A stretch of 64,000 nucleotides of DNA from an uncultured archaeon (GCA_964540145.1 CAZILS010000003.1:41799-105798), one strand, 5' to 3'; positions 48,478-58,820 are shown, numbered from the stretch's first letter. The notes: generated from the letters alone by a model not told the origin. Numbers and translations are program-made.

Positions 48478-48503
48478 ATGCTATTAGAATGGGTTTGAGA
48501 TAT

Positions 48504-49208
48504 TTAAGGTTTCCTTTTTCCAAGTTCTTTTTTTAGCCCGCTGAACAGTGCCATTACCGCCCTTGCCTCCTTCTCGGTTGCCGGAGCCCTTCCCAGCAGC
48601 TCTCGGAAAGCGGTGTTCACAGCCTTCTTGTCCCTTACCCCCTCTGTGTTTCCGACAACAACATCAACCATCCCCAGAATCCTTCTTTTGCTATCCTCTG
48701 TCATGGGGGTGAATTTCGCATCCCGCTTCCTTGCCATTTCATAAACACAAATCGCAACAGCATGCCCTAAACTAAGTGCCTTGTACTCTCGCTTCGTGGG
48801 GATGTGCACAAGAAAATCACACTTTTCAAGCTGCTCGTTCTCCAAACCATTTTCCTCGGGCCCGAACAAGAGCAGTATCTTTGACTTGCCCCCTGCCGAA
48901 GGAAACCTCTCCGCAAATTCCGCAATGGAAAGAGCCTGCCTCCCCAATTTCCCGGGCTTCTTTGTTTTTGCGGAAGTCCCCACAACAAAATCAAATCCTT
49001 TCAAAGCCCTCCCGAGGCTCTTGTAGGTTTTTGCTTTCTTCAAAACAGGCAGCCCGTGCATCGCCCTGCTCCTCGCCTTCCCGGTTGTGGGGTTTGCCCT
49101 CGGCTCAATCAGCCTCAAATCATTGAAGCCAAAGTTAGCCATCGCCCTGCAGGCATAGCCTATATTTTCCTCGTATTTCGGTTTGTATAGCCCCACTGCC
49201 AGCGTCAT
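48504..49208 (-). CDS. SPOUT RNA methyltransferase, TrmJ-like
   Basis: ENIGYACRAMANFG, FGPEENGL, IPT..Y.ALSL.HAV. Confidence 0.9.
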   Translation of the reverse strand: MTLAVGLYKPKYEENIGYACRAMANFGFNDLRLIEPRANPTTGKARSRAMHGLPVLKKAKTYKSLGRALKGFDFVVGTSAKTKKPGKLGRQALSIAEFAERFPSAGGKSKILLLFGPEENGLENEQLEKCDFLVHIPTKREYKALSLGHAVAICVYEMARKRDAKFTPMTEDSKRRILGMVDVVVGNTEGVRDKKAVNTAFRELLGRAPATEKEARAVMALFSGLKKELGKRKP

Positions 49209-49255
49209 AAAATCCCAAAGTAAACCTTTTTATTATATAAAACGTAATAGAATAG

Positions 49256-50575
49256 ATGAAAAAGGAATATATTGCTTTTCTGTTGGCGTTTGTGATGGCA
49301 ATGCCGCTCTGCTCCGCCTATGACATCGGCGCCTTCATAAGCGTAGAGCACCATTTCATGCACGAAGGTGAAAAATACGAGCAGCCCACACTTAAAATAA
49401 CCTATAACGGTGAAAGCTATTGGGTAGTGCCTGTCCTTGCGGGAGAGGTTGTCCAGACCTATATCCCACTTAAGGCCGAGAGCAAGGGCTGGCAGGAGAG
49501 CAGGCCCGCCAACAGGGAGCTTTTTGAGGCAGCCGACATCTTGAGAAATTATGTTTCCGCGCAGAGAAACGCCTCACAGGCCGGAGGCTCAAGCTGGATA
49601 ATCACCGCAGGAAACCGGAGGATTGCGGACAGCCTCGCAGGTTTCCTCGCAAACGAAACCTATGAGCTTACAACCGTTGACACAACAATGGATGAAATGG
49701 ATATAAGCGGCCGGATAGCGGCTCTGAACTCAATGCTTGTTTCAATGAGCCTTTCGAGCAGCGAGCTTGCCATTTCAATGCAGGCTGCATTGAATGCCGA
49801 GGCAAAGTACAGGACAACGCCTGATGCTGAAGAAAGGGATTCAATCGGGGATACCTTTGAGGAGGTTTTCGACGGAATAGATTCCCTGGATGAAACCGCG
49901 AGGGAATACCTAAGCGAGCTGGACAAGTTAAAGAGGGACATTTCGGTCTCTGATTTAGACCCGGACACAAAGGCTTCGTTGCTGAAACTTACAGAGCCCC
50001 CTTCGGAATTCAATTTCATCGGCCAGTGGGCTATTTCCGGGAGCGGAATGCGCACGGTTATCGAGAACATTTATGCAACAACCGGCGCAAGGATAGACTC
50101 CCTTCTTGATGAGTTTGAGGGCAGGATAAAACTGGATCTCGCGAACGCCGCGATTTACAGGGAAGATGAAGAACTTAAAAACTTGGACAACAGCTTCACA
50201 AGCCTCAAGGCCGCGGCAGCCGCGATGCTCAACAGCGACATAAGAAACCTTTGGGCAAAGCAGGATGCCCTGAAGGAGCTTGAGTCAAACCTTTCCGACG
50301 CCGAAAAATACTATAAAAGGGCGGACTATGCCCTTGCAATAGAGTACGCGGACAAGGCGAAGAAGAACGCCAAGGCAGTTTACAACGGGGGAAAGGCGGA
50401 AGTAACAATTCCCCCGATCTTCAGCCAGGAGTTCATCTTCTGGGGTGTTGTAATTTTAATCGCTTTGTTGGTTATTGTGTATGTTGTGCAGAACCGGGAG
50501 AACCTTTTCGGGTTTGGCGGCAACGGGGGAGAGGAGGTTGAGTTAGGTGGCGGGTTCGGCGACAAAGGCATTTAG
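49256..50575 (+). CDS. Exported helical protein with C-terminal TM anchor
   Basis: Signal peptide, long coiled region, C-terminal TM. Confidence 0.75.
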   Translation: MKKEYIAFLLAFVMAMPLCSAYDIGAFISVEHHFMHEGEKYEQPTLKITYNGESYWVVPVLAGEVVQTYIPLKAESKGWQESRPANRELFEAADILRNYVSAQRNASQAGGSSWIITAGNRRIADSLAGFLANETYELTTVDTTMDEMDISGRIAALNSMLVSMSLSSSELAISMQAALNAEAKYRTTPDAEERDSIGDTFEEVFDGIDSLDETAREYLSELDKLKRDISVSDLDPDTKASLLKLTEPPSEFNFIGQWAISGSGMRTVIENIYATTGARIDSLLDEFEGRIKLDLANAAIYREDEELKNLDNSFTSLKAAAAAMLNSDIRNLWAKQDALKELESNLSDAEKYYKRADYALAIEYADKAKKNAKAVYNGGKAEVTIPPIFSQEFIFWGVVILIALLVIVYVVQNRENLFGFGGNGGEEVELGGGFGDKGI

Positions 50576-51476
50576 TATAATATTCCTGGTTATTATGGCC
50601 TGTTCATCGGTTTCTGCGCAGGCATTTGTCTCGATAGCTCCGAAAGGCCAGGCCGATGTTGAGCTTTACCCCTACGAGGTTGCGGCCTTTGAGATAAGGG
50701 TGATAAACAACTCGGAGCAGCCAATCAATAATTTTTACCTCCATGTTTACGTTGATAGCGAGCTTGCGATAGTAGAGAAGGAAGGAGAGGTAACTGAAAA
50801 GACAATGGTTGTTTCCGAGCTTGTTCCGGGCAGGGAAGAGGTAAGAGAAGTTACAATCAAGGCTTTGCAGTACGGCCCCGAGCAGCTTAAGATAAGCCTC
50901 GATTACGGAGTTGAGAAATACACCCACGCGATAAGCACCTTCTTGTCTGTCAAGAAAAATCCCGTGGGGATAAACGCAAGGCCCAACAAGACTGCGATAA
51001 GCCCCGGGGAAGATGGTGCAATAATCCTCGATATAACAAACACGAGCACCACTGCTTTGGAAAATGTCGAGGCCCGGCTTATGGTTCCGGAAGGAATGGA
51101 ATCGCTCACGGATAAGTTCTCTATCCCGAGCCTCGAACCGCGGCAGTCTTTCATGAACAAGGAGTTCGGCTTCATTGCAGAGTCAACAACAACCGGAAAA
51201 AAGACACTTGTGTTGGAAGTGAAATACACCGACAAGAAAGGCCGGCACACAATAAGCAGGGAGTTCTCGATTGATGTCCAGAACCGCGCGCAATACCTTC
51301 TCATCCTTGTCTTTGCGATTATCGTCCTTGCGTCGGTAAGCTATCTGCTAAGGCAGAGGCAGAAACCCGCACTGCAGACCGAAGGCCTGAAAATCCACGA
51401 GATAAAACCCCTGCCTGTCGAAGAGGGGAAGAAGGCAGCTCCCCCCGAAGATAAACAGGCCCGGAAAAAGGCCTAG
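50547..51476 (+). CDS. Surface protein with Ig-like domains (S-layer/COG1361-like)
   Basis: Signal peptide, ITNTS..LENV beta-sandwich, C-terminal TM. Confidence 0.7.
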   Translation: MAGSATKAFSIIFLVIMACSSVSAQAFVSIAPKGQADVELYPYEVAAFEIRVINNSEQPINNFYLHVYVDSELAIVEKEGEVTEKTMVVSELVPGREEVREVTIKALQYGPEQLKISLDYGVEKYTHAISTFLSVKKNPVGINARPNKTAISPGEDGAIILDITNTSTTALENVEARLMVPEGMESLTDKFSIPSLEPRQSFMNKEFGFIAESTTTGKKTLVLEVKYTDKKGRHTISREFSIDVQNRAQYLLILVFAIIVLASVSYLLRQRQKPALQTEGLKIHEIKPLPVEEGKKAAPPEDKQARKKA

Positions 51477-52543
51477 GCGTAAACCTCTATTATGTCCCCG
51501 TCCTTGAGGACATAGCCCCTTGAAACCCTTTGGCCGGGAAATTTGCTGCTGCCCCAAACCTTCACATACTTCAGCCTCTGCGCGAATTCCTTATGGAGCT
51601 TCTCAACTGCAACCGCAGCGGTCTCCCCCTCCTTGAGGATTAGGGGGGCGTCCTTCCTTACCTCTTCCCCCGGCTTCTTGGTGAATATCCTTATCCTGCC
51701 GAGCATCGAGAATATCCTTTTCCTTATGTTTTTCGGGAGTTCCTTCCTCATGTCAAGTATAAGCGCTTTCCTGTAAACAAGCCTGTTGTCAAGGACCTCG
51801 ACAAACTTGTCAAGGTTCTTCACCTCCTCCCCTATAACAACATTTGCATTTGGCATCCCGCAGCTTTTCAGGAAGTTCTCTATTTCCTCCTCCTTGATTT
51901 TGAGGTGCGGTTTTCCGGAGATGGTTACTCCCTTAAATTCCGACGGCCTTATGCTGATTTTCGGCTTTTCCCTGTTAAGGATAATTCCCGCCTTCTCAAG
52001 TTCTTTCTTGACAAGCTGCTCCTCTCCAGCAGGATCTTCCCGCACAGTAAGCACAATTGCATCGGCATTCCTTATAATGGAAAGCAGCTGTATCCCATCC
52101 GCCCTGCCCCTGGAACTTCCCTCAATGATTGCGGGAATCTCAACCAGCTGGACCAGGGCTCCGCCGTAACCCATCATCCCCGCGACAGGCCTCTTTGTGG
52201 TGAAGGGGTAGGGCGCAACCTCAACTTCCGCATCTGTCAGTGCTTTAAGCAGGGTGCTCTTGCCGGAGTTTGGCGCCCCCACAACCGCAACCTGCCCTGC
52301 CCCCTCCTTCTTTATGTTTATGCTCGGGGCAGCCCCCTTTTTCGCCTGCGTTTTTTGCCTCTCAATTTTGCTCTTGAGCGAGGCAATCTTCCTGCTTATT
52401 TCCGCCCTTAACTTTTCCGCCCCTTTGTGCGAGGGCGCGGTCGACCTCATTTCCTCAAGCGCGGCAAGCTTCTCAATGGGCGTTTGCGCAGCCTCATATT
52501 TGTCCTTTGCCTTTAGGAATTCGAAATCCGGGTTTATTGGCAT
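51473..52543 (-). CDS. DRG/OBG-family GTPase with TGS domain
   Basis: GAPNSGKST, YPFTT, KVWGSSKFPGQRV..L.DGDI. Confidence 0.92.
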   Translation of the reverse strand: MPINPDFEFLKAKDKYEAAQTPIEKLAALEEMRSTAPSHKGAEKLRAEISRKIASLKSKIERQKTQAKKGAAPSINIKKEGAGQVAVVGAPNSGKSTLLKALTDAEVEVAPYPFTTKRPVAGMMGYGGALVQLVEIPAIIEGSSRGRADGIQLLSIIRNADAIVLTVREDPAGEEQLVKKELEKAGIILNREKPKISIRPSEFKGVTISGKPHLKIKEEEIENFLKSCGMPNANVVIGEEVKNLDKFVEVLDNRLVYRKALILDMRKELPKNIRKRIFSMLGRIRIFTKKPGEEVRKDAPLILKEGETAAVAVEKLHKEFAQRLKYVKVWGSSKFPGQRVSRGYVLKDGDIIEVYA

Positions 52544-52568
52544 GGTAAATCAGTAGCAGAAAAAGGAT

Positions 52569-53762
52569 TTAAGAACAACCGCCCAGCTCGGGGTGCAGAG
52601 TACACATCGCCATCCTGAATTCCTCTATTCTAAGCTCATATTTACAGTCAATCACAATAAGCGGAACCCCCCTTACCCTGAAAAGGTCCGCAGTGTTCAC
52701 CATCGGCTGCTTTTTTTCACCTATGGTTTTCTTGCACTCGAAAAACACATTGAGGTCCATCGCCTTGCTTTGCCCTGCAGTTATGATAGCTTTGTTGACA
52801 ATGATTGCGTCAAGCGGCTTAAGGAAGTACCTGCTAGCTGAGCAAGCCTGTATTTCCTCCTCTGTCGCGTTCCCGTCCCCTGTCAGGTCGCAGTAGATGT
52901 CAACAACCGCATCCTGCATCTCAGGGAATGCTCCGGCTTCCTGCGCACAAAGATAGCTGTCGATTGCCGCCTCGGTGTTCGTGGCGCCATATACCGGCAG
53001 CATAGCCATTGTGTATGCCGGCATCGGCACATACCTGTATTCCACATTAACCTCGTCCCCAAAATCATTCCAGATTCCTTCGATGAGGGACTTGTTTGTT
53101 ATGCATGCCAGGCTGTACGGTTCGCAGAAAACAATTACCGAGGGCTTCTCCTCCACGGAACAGGTCGCATCCGGGTTTTCAAGGTACATAATCGGGAAAA
53201 AAGCGCCCTCAATCAGGTTGGATTCCGGAACCACATACCTGTCGGTGCGCATAGCGCTCCGGAGCGCGACCGAAAGCCGTTCCATCCCCTCGGTTGTCTT
53301 TACGAGAAGTTCGGGAACAACAGTGTTGATATCAATAAGAACCGCCGGCACAAAAGGTATCTTGTATTTTGAGGCAAGCATCTGCCCGGCAGGGCTGCCC
53401 GTCTCAATCTCTGTCACAGTGTATTCAATATTGTTCTGTGAAAGGAACGTCAGCAGGGTTGTGCTTTTTTCGCAGACCGGGCACTCGTCGGAATAGAGCA
53501 CTATCGCGTTAACCGGCCCAACGTCCACTGTCTGCCCCGGGCCATTATCCCCTGTAATGGGAGGCTCCCCCTGGGAAGGCGGAGATAAAACCGTGAAAAT
53601 CGCATATCCCCCCACCAATCCTAAGATAACAAGCAAAACAACCAAATACACCGGAACCCCGTGCACAACGTTAACTTTGGCTTTAGCCGCGGCTTTGGCA
53701 CCCTGCCCCGAAGCGGAACCCCTGTCTGCGGAGCCTGCTGTGGCTATTTTTTCTTTTTCCAT
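52569..53762 (-). CDS. Membrane-anchored thioredoxin/DsbA-like protein
   Basis: TM, CPVC motif, VP cis-Pro loops in two Trx-like domains. Confidence 0.65.
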   Translation of the reverse strand: MEKEKIATAGSADRGSASGQGAKAAAKAKVNVVHGVPVYLVVLLVILGLVGGYAIFTVLSPPSQGEPPITGDNGPGQTVDVGPVNAIVLYSDECPVCEKSTTLLTFLSQNNIEYTVTEIETGSPAGQMLASKYKIPFVPAVLIDINTVVPELLVKTTEGMERLSVALRSAMRTDRYVVPESNLIEGAFFPIMYLENPDATCSVEEKPSVIVFCEPYSLACITNKSLIEGIWNDFGDEVNVEYRYVPMPAYTMAMLPVYGATNTEAAIDSYLCAQEAGAFPEMQDAVVDIYCDLTGDGNATEEEIQACSASRYFLKPLDAIIVNKAIITAGQSKAMDLNVFFECKKTIGEKKQPMVNTADLFRVRGVPLIVIDCKYELRIEEFRMAMCTLHPELGGCS

Positions 53763-53828
53763 GGCTAAGAAAAGGTTGATAACCTTTAAATATATTTTTG
53801 CATGGAATTTGAGTGGGTCCGGGGACTT

Positions 53829-54302
53829 ATGACAACCCTAACTTTGTTTTTGATCGGCCTGGTCGTGGCATTCCTCATGGGAAACGCCGGGCTTTACCTC
53901 TATGATAGAAAGTTGAGCGGTTCAGGAGCCAACGGCAAGGCCCCCGAAGGGCAGACAATGCTAAGCCAGCCCATCTTCGGAAACCTGGCAAGGGATTGTT
54001 CTGTGAACGGCATTTCAAGGAATTCACAAGCAGCCGCACCTGCAACAGCGGAGGAAAAGCTGAGGATAGCGACAGTAAGGCTTGACCGCCTCGAAAAACT
54101 TCTTCTGAACAACGGCAATTCAATCCTTGCGTACAACCTCAAGGACAAACTGAGGGACCTTGACAATTTTAGGGCAAACACTGTTGTCGAAATGAAGGCG
54201 ATAAAAGAAATAATTTCCGAGATTAAGCCCGCAACGAAAGGCAAGGACGACCTCAGTACCAAGGAAATGCACAAGATAATTTACCGGTCAAGAACAGCGT
54301 GA
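53829..54302 (+). CDS. Hypothetical membrane-anchored coiled-coil protein
   Basis: N-terminal TM followed by coiled coil. Confidence 0.6.
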   Translation: MTTLTLFLIGLVVAFLMGNAGLYLYDRKLSGSGANGKAPEGQTMLSQPIFGNLARDCSVNGISRNSQAAAPATAEEKLRIATVRLDRLEKLLLNNGNSILAYNLKDKLRDLDNFRANTVVEMKAIKEIISEIKPATKGKDDLSTKEMHKIIYRSRTA

Positions 54303-54344
54303 AGCTTATTTTAATTTCCCTACAGAATATTGCCGGGTGTTTTA

Positions 54345-54920
54345 ATGGCGGTTATAGGGGAGATGGCAATTGACTGCCCGCAGTGCGGGGCGAAAGCCCG
54401 GGTTATTGAAAGCGAGGAAGAAATTCCCCACTTCGGCAAGGTCTTAATCAGCGCGATGAACTGCACCAAGTGCGGCTACAAGCTCAACGATGTTATGTGC
54501 GTCGATATGAACAAGCCGAAAGAATACAGCGTAAGCATCCGCAACGAGAAAGGTCTAAGGGTTAAGGTTGTGAAGAGCAGCTCCGCAACAGTGAAGATTC
54601 CCGAGCTGGGCGTTACCATAGAGCCGGGGCCCATAGCGCAAGGATATATCTCAAATGCCGAGGGAGTCCTCGACAGGGTTGAAGGGGTTGTCCGGTCGGT
54701 CATCAATTCCAAGGATGCGGGGGAGGCAAACGAGAAGGCTTTGGCGGAGAAGGAATTGAGAAGGGTGAAGGACGCGCGCAACGGCAAGCTTCCATTCACC
54801 TTGAAAATCCTTGACCCTTTTGGAAATTCAGCCTTGATTGGCAGGGGCGTTAACTCAAGGCTGCTGAAGGAAGATGAGCTCAAGAAGCTGAAGAAGAACA
54901 TAGAGATTATTTCTCTTTAG
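54345..54920 (+). CDS. ZPR1 zinc-finger protein
   Basis: CPQC..IPHFG..CTKCGY, IPELG.IEPGP, DPFGNS. Confidence 0.92.
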   Translation: MAVIGEMAIDCPQCGAKARVIESEEEIPHFGKVLISAMNCTKCGYKLNDVMCVDMNKPKEYSVSIRNEKGLRVKVVKSSSATVKIPELGVTIEPGPIAQGYISNAEGVLDRVEGVVRSVINSKDAGEANEKALAEKELRRVKDARNGKLPFTLKILDPFGNSALIGRGVNSRLLKEDELKKLKKNIEIISL

Positions 54921-55590
54921 TCCGCCAGGTTTTCCTGCTGTTTTTGTCCCCTGAAATATCCCTTGTTTTTTTCGCTATGACGCTTGCGGCCCCGATTACA
55001 GGCACCTTGTCATCGCCCTTAACCACAAACTCAACGCCTTTCATGGAGCTGTTTAAGGGCTGCCCATCTATCCTTATTACGGCGTTTTCGCCCAAATCGG
55101 CGAATATCCTGCCTATATTGGCTATGATTTTGGCCTCTATCCCATTCAGGGTTAAACCCCTCTCCCTTGCCCTGTCCACCTCTTCCGAATTGAGTGAAAC
55201 AGTTACATTTGCCAGGGACAGGGCGGTTGCGAGCCTGTATTTCTCATCCAGTTTCCTTGCCTTCTTGCTGTCCCTGAGCTCCCTAAGCTCATCTTTATTC
55301 CCCAGCACAGCGCAAACCACGAAGGGCCCTGTTCTTTCGCCCCGCCCGGTCTCATCAATTCCGATAATGTGCTCTTCATCATTTTTCAAGGCCTCCAGGA
55401 CAAGGTGCTTTACATTTTCTTCATCCCTGCCCTGAATAACCACCTTCCCCGAATTGTAAAGGGTGACACCGGAGCTTCCTATCCTAACCCGTAATGCCTC
55501 GTACTCGGTTGCGGTTCCAAGGTTCTCAAAAGAGGAAAGGAACTTCTTCGCTTCCTTCACCTCCCCGGAAAAGTTCAGCGAAATGCTCAT
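54907..55590 (-). CDS. Ribonuclease HII/HIII-family protein with TBP-like N-terminal domain
   Basis: TLYNSGKVVIQG; IGIDETGRG..GP; DSK; AASVIAK. Confidence 0.8.
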   Translation of the reverse strand: MSISLNFSGEVKEAKKFLSSFENLGTATEYEALRVRIGSSGVTLYNSGKVVIQGRDEENVKHLVLEALKNDEEHIIGIDETGRGERTGPFVVCAVLGNKDELRELRDSKKARKLDEKYRLATALSLANVTVSLNSEEVDRARERGLTLNGIEAKIIANIGRIFADLGENAVIRIDGQPLNSSMKGVEFVVKGDDKVPVIGAASVIAKKTRDISGDKNSRKTWRTKEK

Positions 55591-55616
55591 CCCCCAATAA
55601 GGCCCAATGTGGTTAA

Positions 55617-56162
55617 TTAAGGTTTTCCTGCCCTGAAAACAACCAATTCCTCAAAGAAGAGTTTCTCCCTTGCAACAATCTCAAACTCCAGCCCCGACTT
55701 TCCCAATATTTTTTCGGTTTTCCCAATTCCGTTCAGCGAGCTCTGTAAAAAATAGCAAACCCCTTTTTCGTTAAGGTGTTTTGGAAGCTCCTTCAAAAAC
55801 CTGTCAAGAACTTCCCTTCCCCCTTCCCCGCCATCCAAGTCCCTGTACTTTATCCCTTTGCTTGGAACGTAAGGCGGGTTGAAAATTACCGAGTCAAATT
55901 TCTCGGGAACATTTGAAAACAAATCGCTCTGCCTGAACTCAATATTCTTTATTTTTGATTTTTCAGTTTCTTTTTCCGCAAGCCCGAGCGCCTTCCCATT
56001 CACATCAACAGCAACAACTTTCCCCGCGCCCTTCTTCACAGCCTCTTTCGCCAGGAAACCTGTCCCGGTTCCCATATCAAGGACATTTGCGCCCTTCGGA
56101 ATTTCCAGGGCGGAGGCCAGCAGCAGTGAATCCTCTCTCGGGGCGTAAACCTCTTTCTCCAT
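55617..56162 (-). CDS. HemK2/MTQ2 family protein methyltransferase
   Basis: VYAPREDS, LDMGTGTG, FNPPY, GGEGGRE. Confidence 0.92.
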   Translation of the reverse strand: MEKEVYAPREDSLLLASALEIPKGANVLDMGTGTGFLAKEAVKKGAGKVVAVDVNGKALGLAEKETEKSKIKNIEFRQSDLFSNVPEKFDSVIFNPPYVPSKGIKYRDLDGGEGGREVLDRFLKELPKHLNEKGVCYFLQSSLNGIGKTEKILGKSGLEFEIVAREKLFFEELVVFRAGKP

Positions 56163-56166
56163 TAAA

Positions 56167-56574
56167 CTACTGTTCCCCGAAAATATCTTTTACCTTTCCC
56201 CACGCCATCTTCTCTATGCCGAAGGCTGCCTCTTTATCGGGAATTATAAAATAGGCCTTCCATCCCATGCCCCTGTCAAACGCAACCCTTATTCTCCTGT
56301 GCCCGTCCAAAAGAATCATCTTTCCCGCTTTGAACATCACAATTACCGGAGTTGAATATCCGTGCTTCAGCGCCGTGCTTATCCGCCTCATCTTCAGGCC
56401 GGCGGTTGCCTCAATCCCCTCTCCGGGGCAGGTGTAGGTAATCTCCTTCACATCTTCCCTGCCAAGTTCCCTCTGCTCCGCCAAGAAACCGATTTCCGGA
56501 TACAATTTCCTGTAATAGTCGAGGAATTTCTTGAGCAGCTTCTTCTCCTCATGCTGTGAAACAAGCCCTGTCAT
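56167..56574 (-). CDS. Stand-alone ParB/sulfiredoxin-fold protein
   Basis: PVIV..ILLDGHRR motif. Confidence 0.7.
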   Translation of the reverse strand: MTGLVSQHEEKKLLKKFLDYYRKLYPEIGFLAEQRELGREDVKEITYTCPGEGIEATAGLKMRRISTALKHGYSTPVIVMFKAGKMILLDGHRRIRVAFDRGMGWKAYFIIPDKEAAFGIEKMAWGKVKDIFGEQ

Positions 56575-56606
56575 CGCAACTATAACCTCTTTTCACCTAA
56601 TTAAAA

Positions 56607-57146
56607 CTATCCCCGCAATGCCCCCGCCGATTCCCGAAAGGAATACATCCTGCTTGTGCGCAGCCTTCCGTCATCGTACTTTTCAATCATCTTTCCGCGG
56701 TACTCTGCCCCAAGCTTCTCCATGAGCCTTATCGATTTTTTATTGCCTATGTCGATTCTCGCGCCGACAAGCCGTAGCTTCAGTTCGGAAAAGGCAAAAT
56801 CAAGGAGCTCCCTCAACGCTTCCTCCATGTAGCCCTTTCCCCTGTGCTCTCTCCCCAGCATAAAGCCAAGCTCGGCAAAACCCCTTTCCGCATCAACCTG
56901 CATAACCGCGCATGCCCCGATAAGCAAATTATCCTCTTTCCTAACCAACGCAAAGTGGAAGGCACTCCCCGCGCCCCTCTCTTTTTCGCACTTGGCAATG
57001 AACTCGGCTGCATCTTTTTCCCCATAGGGAAAGGGTATGTTGGTGAAGCGGTGCATCTCCTCGCTGTTGCAGATTGGAATAAGTGCCCCGCTATCCCCAC
57101 TTTCAAAGTGCCTCAGCACCAATCTCCCGGTTTCGAGCCTAACCAT
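56607..57146 (-). CDS. GNAT acetyltransferase (RimJ/RimL-like)
   Basis: LETGRLVLR, AELGF..HRGKGY, N..S..LMEKLG. Confidence 0.9.
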   Translation of the reverse strand: MVRLETGRLVLRHFESGDSGALIPICNSEEMHRFTNIPFPYGEKDAAEFIAKCEKERGAGSAFHFALVRKEDNLLIGACAVMQVDAERGFAELGFMLGREHRGKGYMEEALRELLDFAFSELKLRLVGARIDIGNKKSIRLMEKLGAEYRGKMIEKYDDGRLRTSRMYSFRESAGALRG

Positions 57147-57181
57147 ACTTTAATTGGACTGCCAACTCTTTTAACCCTTAT

Positions 57182-57559
57182 TTATTCTTTTTTCCAGAGG
57201 CCATGCACAGTGCAGTACTCCCTCGCAACCACATTCTCTGCGCTTATCTCAAACCCGGCTTCGGGCTTCTCACCGGGCTTCAGGAATTTCCTGCAGAGTT
57301 TCCCGTCGGCAATTACCTCAATGAACTCTATGAAGTGCTTTTCTTCCATAGGGTGCGGAACTTTCCCGACCTTAACAAGGATTCCTTTCCCGGTTTTTTC
57401 GACAACAGGCAAATGCTTCTCGTTCCCTTCTTCCCGCGTTTTTTCGGCAAGAAGTTCCATCGGCTTCCCGCAGCAGACAAGCTCCCCCTGCCCTGTGTGC
57501 ATAACCTCGACTATGTTCCCGCAGACCCCGCACTTATATATCTCATTCAGCCTTGTCAT
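57182..57559 (-). CDS. dfx: Desulfoferrodoxin (2Fe superoxide reductase)
   Basis: [33 protein letters not shown]. Confidence 0.95.
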   Translation of the reverse strand: MTRLNEIYKCGVCGNIVEVMHTGQGELVCCGKPMELLAEKTREEGNEKHLPVVEKTGKGILVKVGKVPHPMEEKHFIEFIEVIADGKLCRKFLKPGEKPEAGFEISAENVVAREYCTVHGLWKKE

Positions 57560-58077
57560 TTTGCTCCCCTCTCTGCCGAAAGCCCAAGGTGGTCTTTTTC
57601 AACCTCGACAAACGCCCCGAATATCTGCCTGACCCTCGGGTTCTTTGCCTCGGCCTCGGCTTTGCGGTAGAACTCTATTGCCCTTGTTTCCCTGGCGTGC
57701 GAGTCATTCAAATCCTCCATATAGCCGGCGGAGCAGGTATCCTTTCCCTCGGGAACCTTGTCCAGCTTCAGTATCTTTTTCCACACCGAGGCATGCTCTG
57801 CCTCGACCTTCGCGAGCGCCTTGAACAGCTTCTGCCCCTCAAGCTCCTTGACCTTCCCGGCTGCGCAGAAGTAAAAGGCGGCGTTGCCCACCTCAACTTC
57901 CAAAGCATGCTCGACATTCTTCCTGTCCTGCTCATTCAGCTCGACATCAAACTCGGCTTTCGCATCCTTAAACTCTTTTATGAACTTCCCTTTTGCGCCG
58001 CAGAACGGGCAGTTGTCCGGGGCGCCATCCCCTATGTAAGGATCCCCGCAAATTTCGCATCTCCACAATTTTGACAT
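57556..58077 (-). CDS. Rubredoxin-ferritin fusion (reverse rubrerythrin-like)
   Basis: WRCEICG..CPFCG followed by EAEH and EKDH diiron motifs. Confidence 0.88.
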   Translation of the reverse strand: MSKLWRCEICGDPYIGDGAPDNCPFCGAKGKFIKEFKDAKAEFDVELNEQDRKNVEHALEVEVGNAAFYFCAAGKVKELEGQKLFKALAKVEAEHASVWKKILKLDKVPEGKDTCSAGYMEDLNDSHARETRAIEFYRKAEAEAKNPRVRQIFGAFVEVEKDHLGLSAERGAK

Positions 58078-58086
58078 TCCATCCCC

Positions 58087-58671
58087 TCAGTATTCTTCGC
58101 ACCGTTTTTCGAAATAATCCTTCGGGTGCGAGCATGAAGGGCATTTCACAGGGGGCTCCTTGCCTTTGTGAAGGTAGCCGCATTTCCTGCACGCCCACTC
58201 TGTTTCAGATTCCCTCTCGAAAAAAGTGCCTTCCTCAACAAGCGCAAGAAGTTTTTTGTACCGTTCCTCGTGGTGTGTCTCCGCCTTCGCAATCGATTTT
58301 AGCCTTGCGGCGATATCCTTGCGGCCTTCCTGCTCCGCAACCTCCGCAAATTCGGGATACATTTTTGTGTGCTCATAATTTTCGCCTGCTGCAGCAGCCT
58401 CCAAATTCTCCTGGGTTGTGCCGAGCGTATAGGGCACCTCCGCCTCGACATTTATTTTCGGGTTTCCGCCGTTGCCCTTCTCAGTGAGCTCATTGATTAG
58501 CCTGAACAGCCATTTTGCGTGCTCCCTCTCCTGCTCCGCGGTTTCCAGAAACACAGCAGCCACCTGCTCATAGCCTTCCTTCTGCGCAGCCTTTGCGTAA
58601 ATAGTGTACCTGTTCCTTGCCTGGCTTTCGCCGATAAAAGCCTTCGCCAGGTTCTCAATTGTTTTCTCCAT
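58087..58671 (-). CDS. rbr: Rubrerythrin
   Basis: [35 protein letters not shown]. Confidence 0.95.
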   Translation of the reverse strand: MEKTIENLAKAFIGESQARNRYTIYAKAAQKEGYEQVAAVFLETAEQEREHAKWLFRLINELTEKGNGGNPKINVEAEVPYTLGTTQENLEAAAAGENYEHTKMYPEFAEVAEQEGRKDIAARLKSIAKAETHHEERYKKLLALVEEGTFFERESETEWACRKCGYLHKGKEPPVKCPSCSHPKDYFEKRCEEY

Positions 58672-58737
58672 AAAATCCCCCCTGATTGTGAACAATAAAA
58701 ATAAACTCCCGAAAAAACCAAACAACCTTTTCCATGT

Positions 58738-58773
58738 TTACTGCGGCGGCCCGCCGCAACATCCGCTTCCCAT
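58738..58773 (-). CDS. Putative 11-aa leader peptide MGSGCCGGPPQ
   Basis: AGGAGG 7 nt before ATG; first ORF after a TATA-like TTTTTAAA. Confidence 0.5.
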   Translation of the reverse strand: MGSGCCGGPPQ

Positions 58774-58820
58774 AATCAAGCCTCCTTTTGTGGATAATTA
58801 CTAAGTTTTTACACCTTTAA

